Part shown: positions 1 to 14,035 of the stretch, piece after piece | Layout of the letters: each line of letters begins with the position of its first letter | How positions within the stretch are numbered: position 1 is the stretch's first letter | Assembly (NCBI GenBank): GCA_951406725.2 | Contig: OX597815.1 | Location: 145,948,001 to 146,012,000, forward strand | Length of the DNA stretch: 64,000 bases | Reading direction: 5' to 3' | Source: Octopus vulgaris | Taxonomy: Eukaryota | Translations under genes and position numbers: made by a program | The notes under the pieces: model-generated | Told to the model about the DNA's origin: nothing | Database searches by the model: none | Seen by the model: the letters and a program-made list of their open reading frames with translations, nothing else

Positions 1-17
1 TTATCTATGGCTTCGGG

Positions 18-100
18 ACGTATTCACTTGTATATTCAACACTGAATTAACTTGTCGTTGAAGTATTCAGCAAGTGGCTATGCATTCCACGCACATACAC

Positions 101-170
<70 letters not shown>

Positions 171-186
171 AAATATACACATACAA

Positions 187-239
<53 letters not shown>

Positions 240-252
240 TATATATATATAT
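18..252. repeat. Left arm of long-range inverted repeat (partner ~2510-2733)
   Basis: 18-95 is the exact reverse complement of 2656-2733; similarity continues through the (CA)n/(TA)n tract. Confidence 0.9.
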
Positions 253-435
253 ACTACATGCATGTTTGTTCGAATCCATTTTCCTTAGAATGGCAGCACG
301 ACGTCGTAGAAATCAGTCCTACTCTTCAGCTAGAATGTGAAATTCATGTTTAAAATATATTCTTTTCACAGAACAAATGTATTAAGTTAGTAATTATACG
401 AATTTGATAATCTTCTTTCGTAAAGAATTAATTGG

Positions 436-746
436 TTCTCCGTTGGTTATGACGACGAGTGTTCTAGTTGATCCATTCAACGGAACAGCCTGCTCCTGAC
501 ATTAACGTTGAGCTCTCCACGGACACACGTACTCTTAACGTAGTGCTCAGGAAGATTCAGCGCGGCACAGCAAGTCACAAAGCTGTCTGTTTGAAATGCA
601 GGTCCTACTCATTCTTGCCAGCTTAGTGTACTGGATCAGCATAGAATGAAGTGTTATTTTCCCTTAAGAACACAACACGCTGCCGGAATTCGAATTTACG
701 ACCTGATAATCTGGGTTGAATATTACTAACTAATGAGCCGTGTGCC
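436..746 (-). mobile_element. tRNA-derived SINE, family S1 (CORE-like), diverged copy
   Basis: Reverse complement aligns along its length with the 6163-6483 copy (acgttaa, ctgaat, cagctggcaa, gtcgtcataacc). Confidence 0.8.
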
Positions 747-1098
747 TATTTTAATGTATCAACTCCGTAAATAATACCGTTATAAGTTTCTGATTTTAAA
801 GGTATTTGACCTAATATCACGTGTGCCTCTACGTCATATACAGAATTAAGTATTCATAGCTTCTCTTGCAATTCATTCTAAAAGCCAAATAATACACAAA
901 TGAATAATATTCAACTTCCCCAGCGCATGAACAGTAAACACGAGTAATAATTAGAATTAATTTCCACCAATGAATCCAGTAAAACAGAGATATTATCGAT
1001 TATGATCCGTATTAATATATCCTACGCGTAAATATAATTTGTGTACGAGCAATTAGCACTCTGCTGCTGTCATACGTAGATCCAACTAGCGACACGAA

Positions 1099-1163
<65 letters not shown>

Positions 1164-1864
1164 CATACATACACGTATTTATACAGATTTATTTACATAT
1201 GCCTACGCATTCTAGACCAATTCACGAATGCCTGAAACTATATTCATATTGCCATATATATATTTATACATACATATGCACTGTGAGTATGTGTAAGTGT
1301 GTGTATGTGTGTGTAAGTGTGTGTGTCTTTTTGTCATCACCCATTAACGTTCCCATTAACGAAGTAATATTCAATTACTGAAAGTTTACCAAATCTATCC
1401 TCGTAAAAACATCGATATTCTTAATGCCATAGTAAATATAAATCGACATCATATAAAAGAAAACATTATTAGAATAAATTCAAAATAAAATAATGTCAAT
1501 TAAATATCGACTTCCTGGATCGGTAAGTGGACATTAGTGTTAAAATGATTCGTAAATTTTATGGATAGAGAGAAGCAGCCCTCAAAAATTTCCGGTTCAG
1601 TTTTGAATACTTGACGAATAGTATGATGAATTATTTTCACAATGCCATTTGTTGCTTACGTATATATACTGTATTATACCGATTTCAAAACGTAAACAAT
1701 TATAACTCCCTCACCGCGAAATTAAACCCTGTCGTGACATCATGCATCTGGCTTAATTAAAAGACAGATCATATGCTGGTAGTATTCAAGTTAAAATATA
1801 ATTGTGGTTAACACCATGTACACCAGGAGAGAATACACATACATACATATATATATATACACAT

Positions 1865-1907
<43 letters not shown>

Positions 1908-1960
1908 TATATATATATATATGTATATATGTATATATATATATATATATGTATATATAG

Positions 1961-2094
1961 ATCTGACGAAGAGCTCCGATCGAAACATAAAACCCTCCTT
2001 CTTCCCTTCCTTCCTGAGCGTCCAATAATACTATATTTGTTCCACGTCCTCGCGTTGTTGTGTTTTCTCTTTGTGTTTTCATGTTTGGATTAAC

Positions 2095-2096
<2 letters not shown>
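1961..2096 (+). mobile_element. TA-embedded mini-element with minimal hammerhead motif (Penelope pLTR-like)
   Basis: ctgacga-a-gagc-tcc-gatc-gaaac at 1963-1986; downstream ttcctgagcg..aataata resembles the 63632 copy; flanked by (TA)n on both sides. Confidence 0.6.
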
Positions 2097-2159
<63 letters not shown>

Positions 2160-2495
2160 TTATATTTATATATATATAGGATTTGGGGGGATTAGTTCAT
2201 TGGCGAACAAAACGAATAAGTGCTATAATTGGTCATCCGTTAGGTTCTAAGTTCATGGCTGAGGCTGGAGTTAGGGATCTTATTAGGCTTCGGAATTAGC
2301 AGGTGTATATGATACAAGAGGGAAAAGGACAACAAAAACAAGGGCAGGTATCTCAAGTCATTTAAAATATTTAATTACGGTAATATTTATTTAGGTTAAT
2401 TACATGAAATTTGTCCAATTTTTGTGCATTTTGCTTCTTACTTCACTGGTTTGAAATTTGTTTTTCGAATTTCTCTCTCTCTCCCTTATACTCTA

Positions 2496-2509
<14 letters not shown>

Positions 2510-2579
<70 letters not shown>

Positions 2580-2733
2580 TATGTGTGTGTGTGTGTTTGT
2601 ATGTGTGTGTGTATGTTTGTATGTGTATATTTGTGTATGTGTGTGTGTAGGTGTTTGTGCGTGGAATGCATAGCCACTTGCTGAATACTTCAACGACAAG
2701 TTAATTCAGTGTTGAATATACAAGTGAATACGT
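2510..2733. repeat. Right arm of long-range inverted repeat (partner 18-252)
   Basis: 78-bp exact reverse-complement match plus matching microsatellite structure. Confidence 0.9.
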
Positions 2734-3081
2734 ATCCTCATCGCAAAAACATTTGTAACTTTTATGGATGGAGAAACAACCCTCACCAATACCCGCTTCA
2801 TACTTAACGCTTGCATACTTAGTTTTTCGCAAAATCACTCGTTGTTTACGTGTTACATATGCTGCATTATTCGTATTTCAAAATACATATGTACGCGTAT
2901 GGTTTAGTATAGCCGGATATTGGTGAAGTTTGCATATATAAGGAATTGTATAAGGGCGCATGTGTCTAAAATACACATCCACTTGCAGGCTAATTCGATG
3001 CGCAGTTAACTCAGTGTTGATCATACAGCAGAATACCCATCATACAAACCAACATTATATATATATATATATATATATATA

Positions 3082-3400
3082 TTGCTGATCAATTGTTTTG
3101 TCTCATTTTGTCTCAAAGTCGTATGACGCCCCCGTATCATTCCTGTTTTTATTCGTTACTGTAAATTTTATCTTCGTCTCTTGTTTTCCTGTTCGTCTCT
3201 GTTGTCACATTCTTTCCTTCTACCAAGCAAATCTAATGCCCATAGCTTAGCTTTTCCTTGGGGCTGGCCCTTTCGGAGAAAATCTCAGAATTAAACAGCC
3301 GAAATTTGCCATGATGAATCGGTTTCTGACTGAAGAATGAAGGCTCTGAATTACTGTCCGTTTTTCCGTGTTTGTCAATTCGTGAATTTCACGTTCTTTA
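3082..3400 (+). mobile_element. TA-embedded non-coding insert, same family as 49581-50010
   Basis: Shared motifs attcgt(t/a)actgt, cacattc, tctaatgc.c.tagctta, then a stem (ggctg..cagcc) followed by gaaa; (TA)n on both sides. Confidence 0.55.
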
Positions 3401-3435
3401 TATATAAGTTTTATTCTATATATATATATATATAT

Positions 3436-3487
3436 ATAAAGTAGTTGTATACTGTCAACTTAATGTGACAGTATACAACTACTTTAT
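3436..3487. repeat. Perfect 22-bp hairpin
   Basis: ataaagtagttgtatactgtca / 8-nt loop / tgacagtatacaactactttat. Confidence 0.9.
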
Positions 3488-3533
3488 CGTACCACTACTG
3501 CATAAATCTCTCTGAGATATTTAGAAAATGTAT

Positions 3534-3605
<72 letters not shown>

Positions 3606-4026
3606 CTAGATCTATCTATTTGAATATTGATTGAGTGTGCACAAATAATATTTAAGGTTAAGACACTTATCGAAACGAGAATCGGTACAATCAATATTTG
3701 TATGAATTTAAATGTTATTATTGGTAGAAGTTTGGTTTAATATGCTCGACTTCGAAAGTTAATAATTATGTTTGTTTAGAGAATGAAATAAAATAGATAA
3801 CTCTAAAATGGTCGAGACTAAGAATTCATCTCTCTCTCCTTCCCTATACACATATATTGACACACACACACACACACTAACACACACACATGCATATGTT
3901 TGTGTATGTATGTATGAATGTATGTATGTATACACTTGAAGTATTATCAGAACATTCGGACACATTGCTTCTAGTAGCTAAAGATATATATTACAATGTG
4001 ACGTAATCAGTAAAAGAAATAACTGC

Positions 4027-4079
<53 letters not shown>

Positions 4080-4381
4080 AAACAGCTGTTATCGATGAGG
4101 AGAGAATCACTTATCACTTGAAGCATTTAGCATGTAAAATAATTTACATCTGTATTACATTAAACAGTGAAGAACATGTGTATATTTCTATATCATCCTT
4201 TTACGCATTTCCACAGGATAAAGTTCTCAAAATCATTGATAGTCGTGGATAACAGTATTTCGCTCTTTTTTGGGAATCAACTGCAGGAAATAACTTGGGC
4301 CCGGAAATTAACGAAACGAAATTGTCTACATTTGTATCACTTCCCTCTTTTTTTTTCAGCCTTGTGTGGCCATAAAGAAAG

Positions 4382-4382
<1 letters not shown>

Positions 4383-4474
<92 letters not shown>

Positions 4475-4517
4475 CATCTATCCATCTATCTATCTATCTA
4501 TCTCTCTATCTATCTAT
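4383..4517. repeat. (TCTA)n microsatellite
   Basis: Direct reading; similar tracts at ~22290-22388, ~45520-45625, ~59445-59540. Confidence 0.95.
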
Positions 4518-5500
4518 ACAGTAAATTTCCATACGGCTTCTTTCTAGCAAATTTTCTTCTCACAAAATATTGCTAAACGCGTGACATTTTACAAAACTAA
4601 GATGGTTGTTTCGCAAGGAATCGAGACCGAAGCTGTTTGGTTTAAGGCGTACGTTCTAACTTCACATCCATCCCTGTGCAAATATTTTCTACCAATTGCT
4701 TTGCCAAAATTGAAACAACATTAGCATAAAAGTGAATATTGAATCGATGGAGCTACTTAATGGTTTCTATCTTCTTTCTCTTCTACAGATCCTGCTATTT
4801 CATACGTGTACATATATCTTTTGATGTTTCTTCTAATTGAAAAAACATATTCCAAATTTTTTAGCTAAAACTTTTCCTTCAAACTACAAACAATAAGTTT
4901 CGTTAATTTCAAAAGTATTGTATCATGTATTCTAACGTTATTCTCTTTTGTTGTTATTTCTTTTATACATGTAACTTAAAACAGTTTTCTTAAATGTTTT
5001 CGTGGAGAATCTGCGTTTCAAAGGATTCTGTTTTTATTTCACAGCATATTTATTTATTTGTGTTCAAATGTGTCATTATATATTTGTCAAAAACTACAAA
5101 ACTACAAGTCACAAATATAAAAATCAATAAAAATCAAGGACAAATGCGTTAACATTTCATTTGTAATGAACAGCTCAAACGAAAAACAAACTGTCATCAT
5201 CTAAGTTAGATTATGGCGCTAACAACAGCCGTAAGGGAATATAAAAGTGTAAATTACTTTGGAGATTCACTGTAGATGCTTTTATTTATTTATCTATTTA
5301 TTTATTTATTTATTTATTTATTCACTTATGTTTTCATCTATTTCTGTGTGTAGCTTCTTGCAATTTTATAAGAATATATACTGCACGCTACCACATTGAA
5401 AGAATCTATTGATTGTAAATGCGTGACTGAGTTGAAATTTGGGTCACTATTGTTCAACTACCGTAAATATATTTAAAAGATGTCATTTCGTGTCTTCAGT

Positions 5501-5532
<32 letters not shown>

Positions 5533-5894
5533 GATTATCATCAGCGTCGACGTCGTCATCATCGTCGTCGTCGCTGTTGTTAAGCATACTGCTACTGTGC
5601 TAAATCACACGAGAGATTTAACTAAAATCGATTATTGTGCATTTATTCAATGCACTAATGAGTGACTGTATACGCAAGCTGATAATAAAACTATAAAATC
5701 GCCATAAATAGTATCCTTCGTTGAACATATTGAAGTTATTAAAATGTTGCTGCCTGTTGGCTTAAAATGTTTACAATACTCACAGGAACGGAATCGGAAA
5801 CAAGAACAACAACAAAAACAACAACAACAACAACAACAGCAACATCAGCAACAACAACAAAAATGATCATTTTCAATGTAAGAGTATTATTATA

Positions 5895-6131
5895 CAGGAT
5901 ATTCAAAAAGTCTCACGCAGTTAGTAGTTAATGGTTTTCGGGTAATTCTTGTACACTGATCCTTTACTTGCTCCCCAGAAGAAGAGAATGTCTGGCGGTG
6001 TTAAATCAGGTGATCTTTGTGGCCAAAGTCTCTTCGAAATAAATCCGCTCACCGAAAAACTCTTGAAGTAACGCCAAGGTGATGCGCAGGATGAACAAAA
6101 TTCACGCCGGAGAGACTTCTTGAACACCCTT
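5895..6131 (-). mobile_element. Internally deleted Tc1/mariner-superfamily element
   Basis: Imperfect ~20-bp TIRs caggatattcaaaaagtctc / gagacttcttgaacaccctt, TA on both sides; minus-strand peptide WPQRSPDLTPPDILFFWG (WPxxSPDLxPxD third-catalytic-residue motif). Confidence 0.8.
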
Positions 6132-6162
6132 TACATTATTGAAGCACTAATATATTTATTCG

Positions 6163-6483
6163 GGCGCATGGCTTAGTGGTTAGGGCATTCAACTCACGAA
6201 TGTAAGGTCGTGAGTTCAATTTCCGGCAACGCGTTGTGTCTTTGGGCAAGACACTTTATTTCACGTTGCTCCAGAACACTCAGCTGGCAAAAATGAGGTA
6301 TACCGGTATTTCAAAGGGGCCAGATATGTCACACTCTGTGTCACGCTGAATATCCTTGAGAACTACTTTAGGGGTACACGTGTCTCCGTAGTCCTCAGCC
6401 ACTTGCACGTTAATTTCATGAGCAAGCCGTTCCGTCGATCGGATCAACTGGGACCCTCGTCGTCGTAACCGACGGAGTGCTCC
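6163..6483 (+). mobile_element. tRNA-derived SINE, family S1, near full length
   Basis: A box tggcttagtgg, B box gttcaatttcc, CORE-like gtgtctttgggcaagacactt; several other copies in the window. Confidence 0.88.
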
Positions 6484-6734
6484 TTTGTAGTACTATATAC
6501 ATACACGCGCACACGGAAGCACGCACACGCACTCATACACTCAAACTGTCTATGAAATAAGAAGGGATGGTTATGGTTGGCTCGTCTTTGGTCAGATTCC
6601 TCTTCGGAAACGGTATATTTGGAGCAATAAAATAACTACCACAAATAAAACATTCAAGGAAGCAAAACACATAATCACATTTCGATACGATCAAGAAAAT
6701 TATCTTTTCTTTGAAAGAAATTCTGAAGCTTTGA

Positions 6735-6835
6735 AGCTGCTACTGCTGTTGCTGCTGCTGACACTGCTGATACTACTACCACTACTGCTGCGGCTCATAC
6801 TATTACTACTATTACTGCTGATGATGATACTACGA

Positions 6836-6888
<53 letters not shown>

Positions 6889-6955
6889 TTACTACTACTA
6901 CTGCTGATGGTGATACTACTACTACTACTATTACTACTACTACTACTGATGATGA

Positions 6956-7003
<48 letters not shown>

Positions 7004-7069
7004 AACTACTACTACTGCTGGTGATGCTGCTGCCACTGCTGATTCTACTACCGCCACTGCTGCGGCCGA

Positions 7070-7142
<73 letters not shown>

Positions 7143-7195
7143 GCTGCTGATACTACTACTACTACTACTGCTGCTGATACTACTACTACTACTAC

Positions 7196-7244
<49 letters not shown>

Positions 7245-7265
7245 ACTGCTGCTGCTGCTGCTGTT
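6735..7265. repeat. Compound (ACT)n/(GCT)n/(GAT)n trinucleotide repeat
   Basis: Direct reading; source of the poly-L and poly-V ORFs. Confidence 0.95.
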
Positions 7266-7527
7266 GATGGTCGTAGTAGCATTACTGTATGTTTTACTGT
7301 CAACAGAACCTCTGACAATAGCAATAGTACAAGAATGACGGCAAGAACAGTATTACCAATATCGTTGGTACCATTCAGTACCATTGCAATACCGATCACT
7401 AATAATATGATGTTGGTTCTGATTTGGTGTCCTTGTGCTGCATTGGCGCTATAACATTCAGATTGTCTCCAATGAAACATAATGTAGTATTAAATTTAGC
7501 CTGTATGTCTGTATTTAATTACATAAA

Positions 7528-7845
7528 GGGTGAAGTCGCTTCACTTGATAATTCGGGTATACGGCTCTCGATCGCAAGGTCGTGATTTCAATTTCGAGCA
7601 GCACATTGTGTTCTTGAGCAAAACACTTTACTTCTCGTTTCTGCAGTCCATTCAGCTGGCAAAAATGTGTATTACCTGTATTTCAAAAAGACAACCATGT
7701 CACATTCTGTGTCATGCTGAATCTTCCTGAGAACTATGTGAAGGATGCGCATGTCTGTGGAATGTCCGGCCATTTGCACGTTAATTTCACTAGCAAGTTG
7801 GAACAACTGGAACTCCCGTCGTGGCAACAAACTGAGTACCAATTA
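7528..7845 (+). mobile_element. SINE family S1, diverged copy
   Basis: ttgtgttcttgagcaaaacacttt, cagctggcaaaaatg, ttgcacgttaatttca match the 6163 copy. Confidence 0.82.
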
Positions 7846-10800
7846 TAAGAGGCAGCCTCATTACTATTAGTGTTCTTTTTAATGGTATAGAGAAAATCTT
7901 AGCTAGCGTCAATATGATAGAATTCTTCAAGTTAGATGTTTTCAGTAGCAGAGTTCCCAACATGACTACGGCTATTCCATCATCGCTATAAAGACTCCTG
8001 CTTAAAATTCTTTGACATCTCAATTTTTCCTGTAGATTCCCCTTCGTAGAAGACCAAACTGATCACGAGCCTTGTCAATAGCACCGGTCTTCCTGAGAAT
8101 TTAAAAATGTCATGGGGACTTCACTTTCTTCGTTACCAAGATATTGAAATTAATAGAAGCAGTTTACTTCTCTCTTAAGAAGATACTATTTTAAAAAGCC
8201 CATGTTATAAGTAAATGGTGTGACCGATGCAGGTCATTCACAAAATAATAAAGGCCATGCTAGTTCATTCCTTATAGCGGCAATAACGATTTCACCGTTA
8301 GTCTGATGCAAAAAGAATGTTTGACGATATAAGGAGCTTTGTAGTGTATGGCTTGGCAAATTATGTTAATGATTTACCACACACAGTTTAGCACCCTTCA
8401 TTTTAATTATTGAAAAATAAAATGCTGTCATTGCATTTTATCACTTCATTTTTTGTATAATTACACACTAATAAGATATTAGAAAAACTAATTAATAATG
8501 CATGTTCACATTGTTTTTAAATGCCACGATTTCTACATCGGAAATTAATCCTCCTTCATCAATTATTAATACATCTGCCACTTTGGCGCTTAATTGACAG
8601 AATTAGCTGCATCAGGACTGCGAGGTGATGTCTTAATAATAGCTGGATTTATAAGATTTGTAGTCAGCATCACATTCTAGGAGGATAAGCAAATGAAGAA
8701 GACCGCAATGTGGTCATTCAAACTGCTGAATATAATACTTAAACCTCTCTCAAATTACGCTATGCTGTCTTAACGGGATGTTCACGGTTGGAATACATTT
8801 GATTACAAGTTTGTTTGCGAAGAATTGAACTATAGCTAAACGAAAACAACAACAAGAATTTAGTAATATTGTTTTTGTTTTGGACTAATTATAAACACCG
8901 TATGTTTTAAAAATTTTGCTACAATATTCCTGCAAAAATAACGCTGTCTCAGTTACAATTAGATTTGAAAATAATGAAGTACTTAGTAAATTAACTTTAC
9001 CACTAGGAAACAGGTGTTTGAAACGCAAATTAACGCGAAAGTTTGAAAGATTTCAATTTAGATCATGTTTAAATTGATAATTTTTATCATAGAGTGAAAG
9101 ATTGTTCCAGGCAAGTTGATATCAAATGGGTGGATAATTCTGGATTTCACTCTTCTTTTAGAGACAATGGTAACGTAGGTGAGATGAAATGAAATGTCTT
9201 GTCTCGCAAATTAATATCTACGCCAGTAATTCAGCTTGTAAGTTTGTATTCGTATCAAGATTTGTTACATTATCACAATGGTAAATATTTATAAGAACCG
9301 AGCACCTCCATCTTTGTCTATATCAGTGCCTGTTGCCAAATTTAACGACAATTAAATAAAACTGTTTTTGTAAATAGTGGAATTTTTGTTGTTGTGATAC
9401 TTATGGAATTTAGGGGACTTGTTCTTGTTATTGTTGTTGTCAACACCGATCGTGATGTTAGATTACGGTATTTCATCCCTAATCAGCCTTTCTATAAAGA
9501 TTTGTGTACAACTACATTATATAATGGGTCTATTCTTTTATTGAAATCATCAGTGTAATTTGTGAGATAACTGCCTGATATTTCTTGCAGGAGGAACAAT
9601 TAACATTGCTTGATATTTCTTGCAGGTGGAACAAATAACTGTTCCATTGTTGCGTCATGTTTCTATTGTTATGTGGATTTAAAGATAGTCGATGTTTTCA
9701 CATTGACACGGTCATAAAGGATTAAATTTCTTGTCAATAGACACGGCAGTACAAGCCAGCAAACACATTCAATTTCAAGACTGGTTGACATAGTAACACA
9801 TCAGATAATACGAATATATGAAAAGCCAGAACTTCTAGTTATTCCGGTGACAGTTCCCTCTCATTCCACCACAAACATTATCAACTGAAGAACACGTACT
9901 ATGTATAAAAAAAGAACACAATGAAATGTTGCTAGCATATTTTGATCATGAGACTGATAAATTGAAAATGGCTTGGAGCTGTTAGCGAAAAAAACTGAAA
10001 TTCCTATTGTTTTTCTTTTAATTATTTGATCCTTTGAAAACATTTTTTAAATGTATTTGTTAAAATTCTGTTCAGAAATTAGAATTCAGCCTGATGTAAT
10101 CATGTTTCTAATATATTTAATTGATGTGATTCGTCTGACAGAATATAATGAATATATGATTAATATCGATCGTTGGATTTCATCAATAATCAGTCAGCTT
10201 CATTGACTTCTAGATTTGATCAGTGCGACCTTAATCCTCCTCTGATCATATCGACAAGGGGTTGAACTGAACTTAGCAATGCAAATAAATAATCGAGAAT
10301 CTTAGAATGCTACTAATGTATAGAAATGGTTCCTGTACTAGATTTACCATTCTGTAGATTAGATCATTGAAATTTAAATGTCTTAGTTACAGGCTCAACT
10401 GTAAGCTTGAGATTTGACAAATCTTCAATCTTAACGGTGAGGCCAAATTTAAACACAGGCATCTCGAAATAATTCATAATTCTATCGCACCCAAAGGAAC
10501 AAATATTAGAAATAGAGATTAATTTCCGATGGGGAAATTAAAATAGATTCAGCATGCAATCAAAACGAAAAGTTGATTAACTCCCCCTACGACACCCTTC
10601 CGCCCTCCTGCCTTTAAGATATCAACTGCATAGAAACAAAGAAATAGAAATATGAATTAGATTTGGATTGCATAAATATTTCATAAAAATTCTAAAACTA
10701 TACAAAATGAAAATCATTGAAAGAAAACTTCGAAAACGGATTGCCGGCAATATATTGGAATCATCTTAAAACATTTTATTTTTTAGAGTTACGTTTGTGA

Positions 10801-11094
10801 ATTCTAAGAAAATACATTTTCAAAAAATACACTTCCTCTTAAAATTCTATGTTAAATATAATAGTAAAAAAATATTTCACAACTTTTAAGAGATATAGTT
10901 GTACCAGAGATACAACTGATATTTCATTAGTTAAGTGATTCACAAAACTCAATACCCATCTAGAAATAGTAGTCAAAAACGCATTCGAAGCACACATTAT
11001 CGTCTTATAAAAATTGAACGTGATAAAAAATACAGTATATAATTTGCACATACACACTAGGAAATACGCGTATGCCTGTGTATATACATACAAA

Positions 11095-11138
<44 letters not shown>

Positions 11139-11492
11139 CTAAAAATAGGATAAACTCTTCATAAGAATTTATCATGTAGTTAGCGTGAAAAACCTCATAA
11201 AATAAAAAGCCATCAATTTTTTCCCCTTAAATATATTTATTTATATTATAAAGAAGGCATTGTTACACATAAATACCACACGCTAGGAGGGACTCTTAAA
11301 GTCAAAACTACTAAAATAAATAAACACATCGTACCGAAAAGAGTTGGTTTCTGTACGATGTGTTTATTCATTTAAATATATTCATACCTTCATTTAAATA
11401 TATTCATTCATTTAAATATATACCTTTGTACATACATTTGATCACTGGATTCAGTTACTGGACTGCAGAGATGCATTGTTTATTATTATTTA

Positions 11493-12640
11493 AGGCGGCG
11501 AGAAGGCGACCAGCTGGTAGATACGTGAGCAAACCGGGGAAAATGCTAAGAGGCATTTCGTCCTCTTATTTTCTGTGTTCATATTTCACCGAGGTCGACT
11601 TTGCCTTTCATTCCTTTCGGAGTCAAGAAATTAAGTACTAGTTTAGTACTGGGTCGATTTAGTCGACTTACTCCCTCTCCCAAAATCGGTGGCCTTGTGC
11701 CGAAATTTGAAATCAGCATCTAAGGCCGCTAGGTCGACGAGCTGGCAGAATAGTTTCTGCGTCGGACATAATGCTTACAGGCATTTCTTTTGCGCTTTAC
11801 GTTCCGAGTCCTAACGTCAGTGAATCGAATTTAGGGGTCGATAAAATAAGCATCTGTGAAGGATTAGGGTCGAAGTGATCGTTTTTCTTTTCCTGGGAGT
11901 TGCTGGTTTTATGCCAAAAGAAAGAATTTTTTAACGCAGAGTAATGAACTAGAACAATGGTTACAATGTGGGAAAACGTTTCATGTTTTACATTCGGAGT
12001 TCAAATCTTACCCAGGTCAACTTCGCCTTTTTTCGTCTCCGGCAATCGATAAATATAACACCAGCCAACATCTGGCGTTAATGGTGTCGACTAAGTCCTT
12101 CCCCCAAAATAATACCGTCACTGTGCATAAATTATAAATGATTATTCGAGGTAGCTTTAGAGAAATGAATAGGCAGAATCGCTACAGCATCGAAAAAATA
12201 CCTTGCATCTGTTCTGGCTCTTTACGTTCTAAGTTCAAATCACACCGTAGTTAACCTCGCCTTTCATCTTCCGACTACAGTTAAATGAAATACCAATCCA
12301 GTACTGAAAGCGATGTAACTGGCTAACTCATTTCTCTCAAAATTTTTGACGTTGCACTTAAGTTTCAAAGAATTTTCTGAATTCCTTAACGACAATTTCT
12401 CTGTACATAATCTGTCGTTATCCGATACAGTTTCATAGTGCTTGACTGGCAGTGACTTTAGAGAGAATTTCCATATTTATTCGGGCTCTTTATATATCCT
12501 GGGTTCGAATCCCATGAAAAGCTACCTTGCATTTTATTTTCAGGGTCGACAAAATAAAGTACCAATGAAATTCTGGGGACAAAGGTATCGATTAAACTTC
12601 TCCCTCCAAAATTAAATTTCCACATGACGTTAAGACATAG
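11493..12640 (+). mobile_element. Cluster of about five degenerate, same-orientation SINE family S3 copies
   Basis: Repeated modules gagctggcagaa / gagttcaaat / gaggtcgactttgcctttcatcc..ggggtcgataaa..agtaccag at ~11493, ~11738, ~11990, ~12170, ~12500. Confidence 0.75.
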
Positions 12641-13972
12641 ACCGAGAGATTGCATGATTGGTGTGAATGAGTTCTGAAAAAGTTTCCTTATCTTTTTCAT
12701 TCAATCTTTTGTTTTATTCCATCTTTTGCTTCTGTTATGGTGACCGCCTCTTTTGTTCTTTAAACTACTAATATGTACACAATTTTGGGTCAATGATGAT
12801 CATATGTTTGCATGGCATTGAAATCGGGATGACATAGTAAAGAATCATTGAATAGAATTCTAAGAAAATGCGATCAATACTCTGTTGTATATAACTGAAT
12901 TTATTAGTCTAAGTGCTTAGCGTTTCAGACAATAAACTTGAAATTTATTGTTAAAATATTACGATAATGTTTTATTTGACCATAAAATCATGTTTTTAAG
13001 ATAGTGAAGCATGCCTAAGCTACATCACTCATTCAAAAAGTCATCTGCTTTATGTATAGACGGAGAATTTCACTTCGTAAAGCATTTGAATGAAATTTTG
13101 GATGCAATATTTAACACTTCGCTTAATATAAGATTTGTTTAGCACTATCTTTACTTATTATTGTGAACATCCAGAAAGAAATCTAATACTTATTGTTTAA
13201 TTACATATGAATATTTTTGATTAATTATTCTTTTGATCTTAATTTTCTCAAATATATCACCGCATCACCATGGTAATGCAGGAATTGACGTATCTATGTA
13301 AAATAAAATAAGAACAACAACAACAACAATAATGTTATAAATCAATAAGGATTTAAAGTAAGATCGCGTTTGAAGATAAGAGAAATTGAAATAATCTATA
13401 AAATAACTAAAAACAGTGAATTCTAATTTAAATTTTCGAGAAGAAGAAAGTTTGGTATAATGGCATTTAAATAAAATATATTGAACATTTATTATAGACA
13501 TTTCCATATTTATCAAAAATATATATTTCAGAGATGAAATTTCAGAGATACATGATATGTGCTATCATATTGCGATATATGCTTCATAGTAAACAAATAT
13601 ATTGTATCTAGCAGAAATTCCTTTACATTTTAATGCATTTTACATTTAAGTCTTCCGTTACTTTATCGTAATATCTTGGGAGAGAAAGGTGAAAGAATCA
13701 CGAGTTCTTGAATAACAACGAATCCATTAATTTATATTCTCATATACATCTATCGAGAATGCCGTCGGGGGCTAAAATTTTATATAAAGGTTAAATAATT
13801 GAAGATATTACTCGTATTGAAACTCTCGTTATTATTAAACAGATAGCCAAACTTGTATCATTCTGAAGATGTGCTCTCTTTCTTGCTCACTGAGGGTTAT
13901 ATTTTCTGAAGCAATCATACATAGTTTTTTGTTCAAAAAATGTTTACCAATGTACGCACAAACAGTGTAGTT

Positions 13973-14034
<62 letters not shown>

Positions 14035-14035
14035 T

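Noticed and set aside
4761-4810. Polypyrimidine tract plus CAG suggesting a host splice acceptor
   Set aside because: No convincing donor or coding exon downstream
6163-6240. tRNA-like sequence (also 21201, 39037, 60611)
   Set aside because: A and B boxes present but no complete cloverleaf or acceptor stem; continues into a SINE body
6830-7480. 216-aa poly-Val and 143-aa poly-Leu ORFs resembling membrane proteins
   Set aside because: Alternative frames of an (ACT)n repeat
9576-9640. Short local tandem duplications (also ~39352-39425, ~51763-51842, ~63773-63812)
   Set aside because: Ordinary two-copy slippage duplications with no higher-order structure
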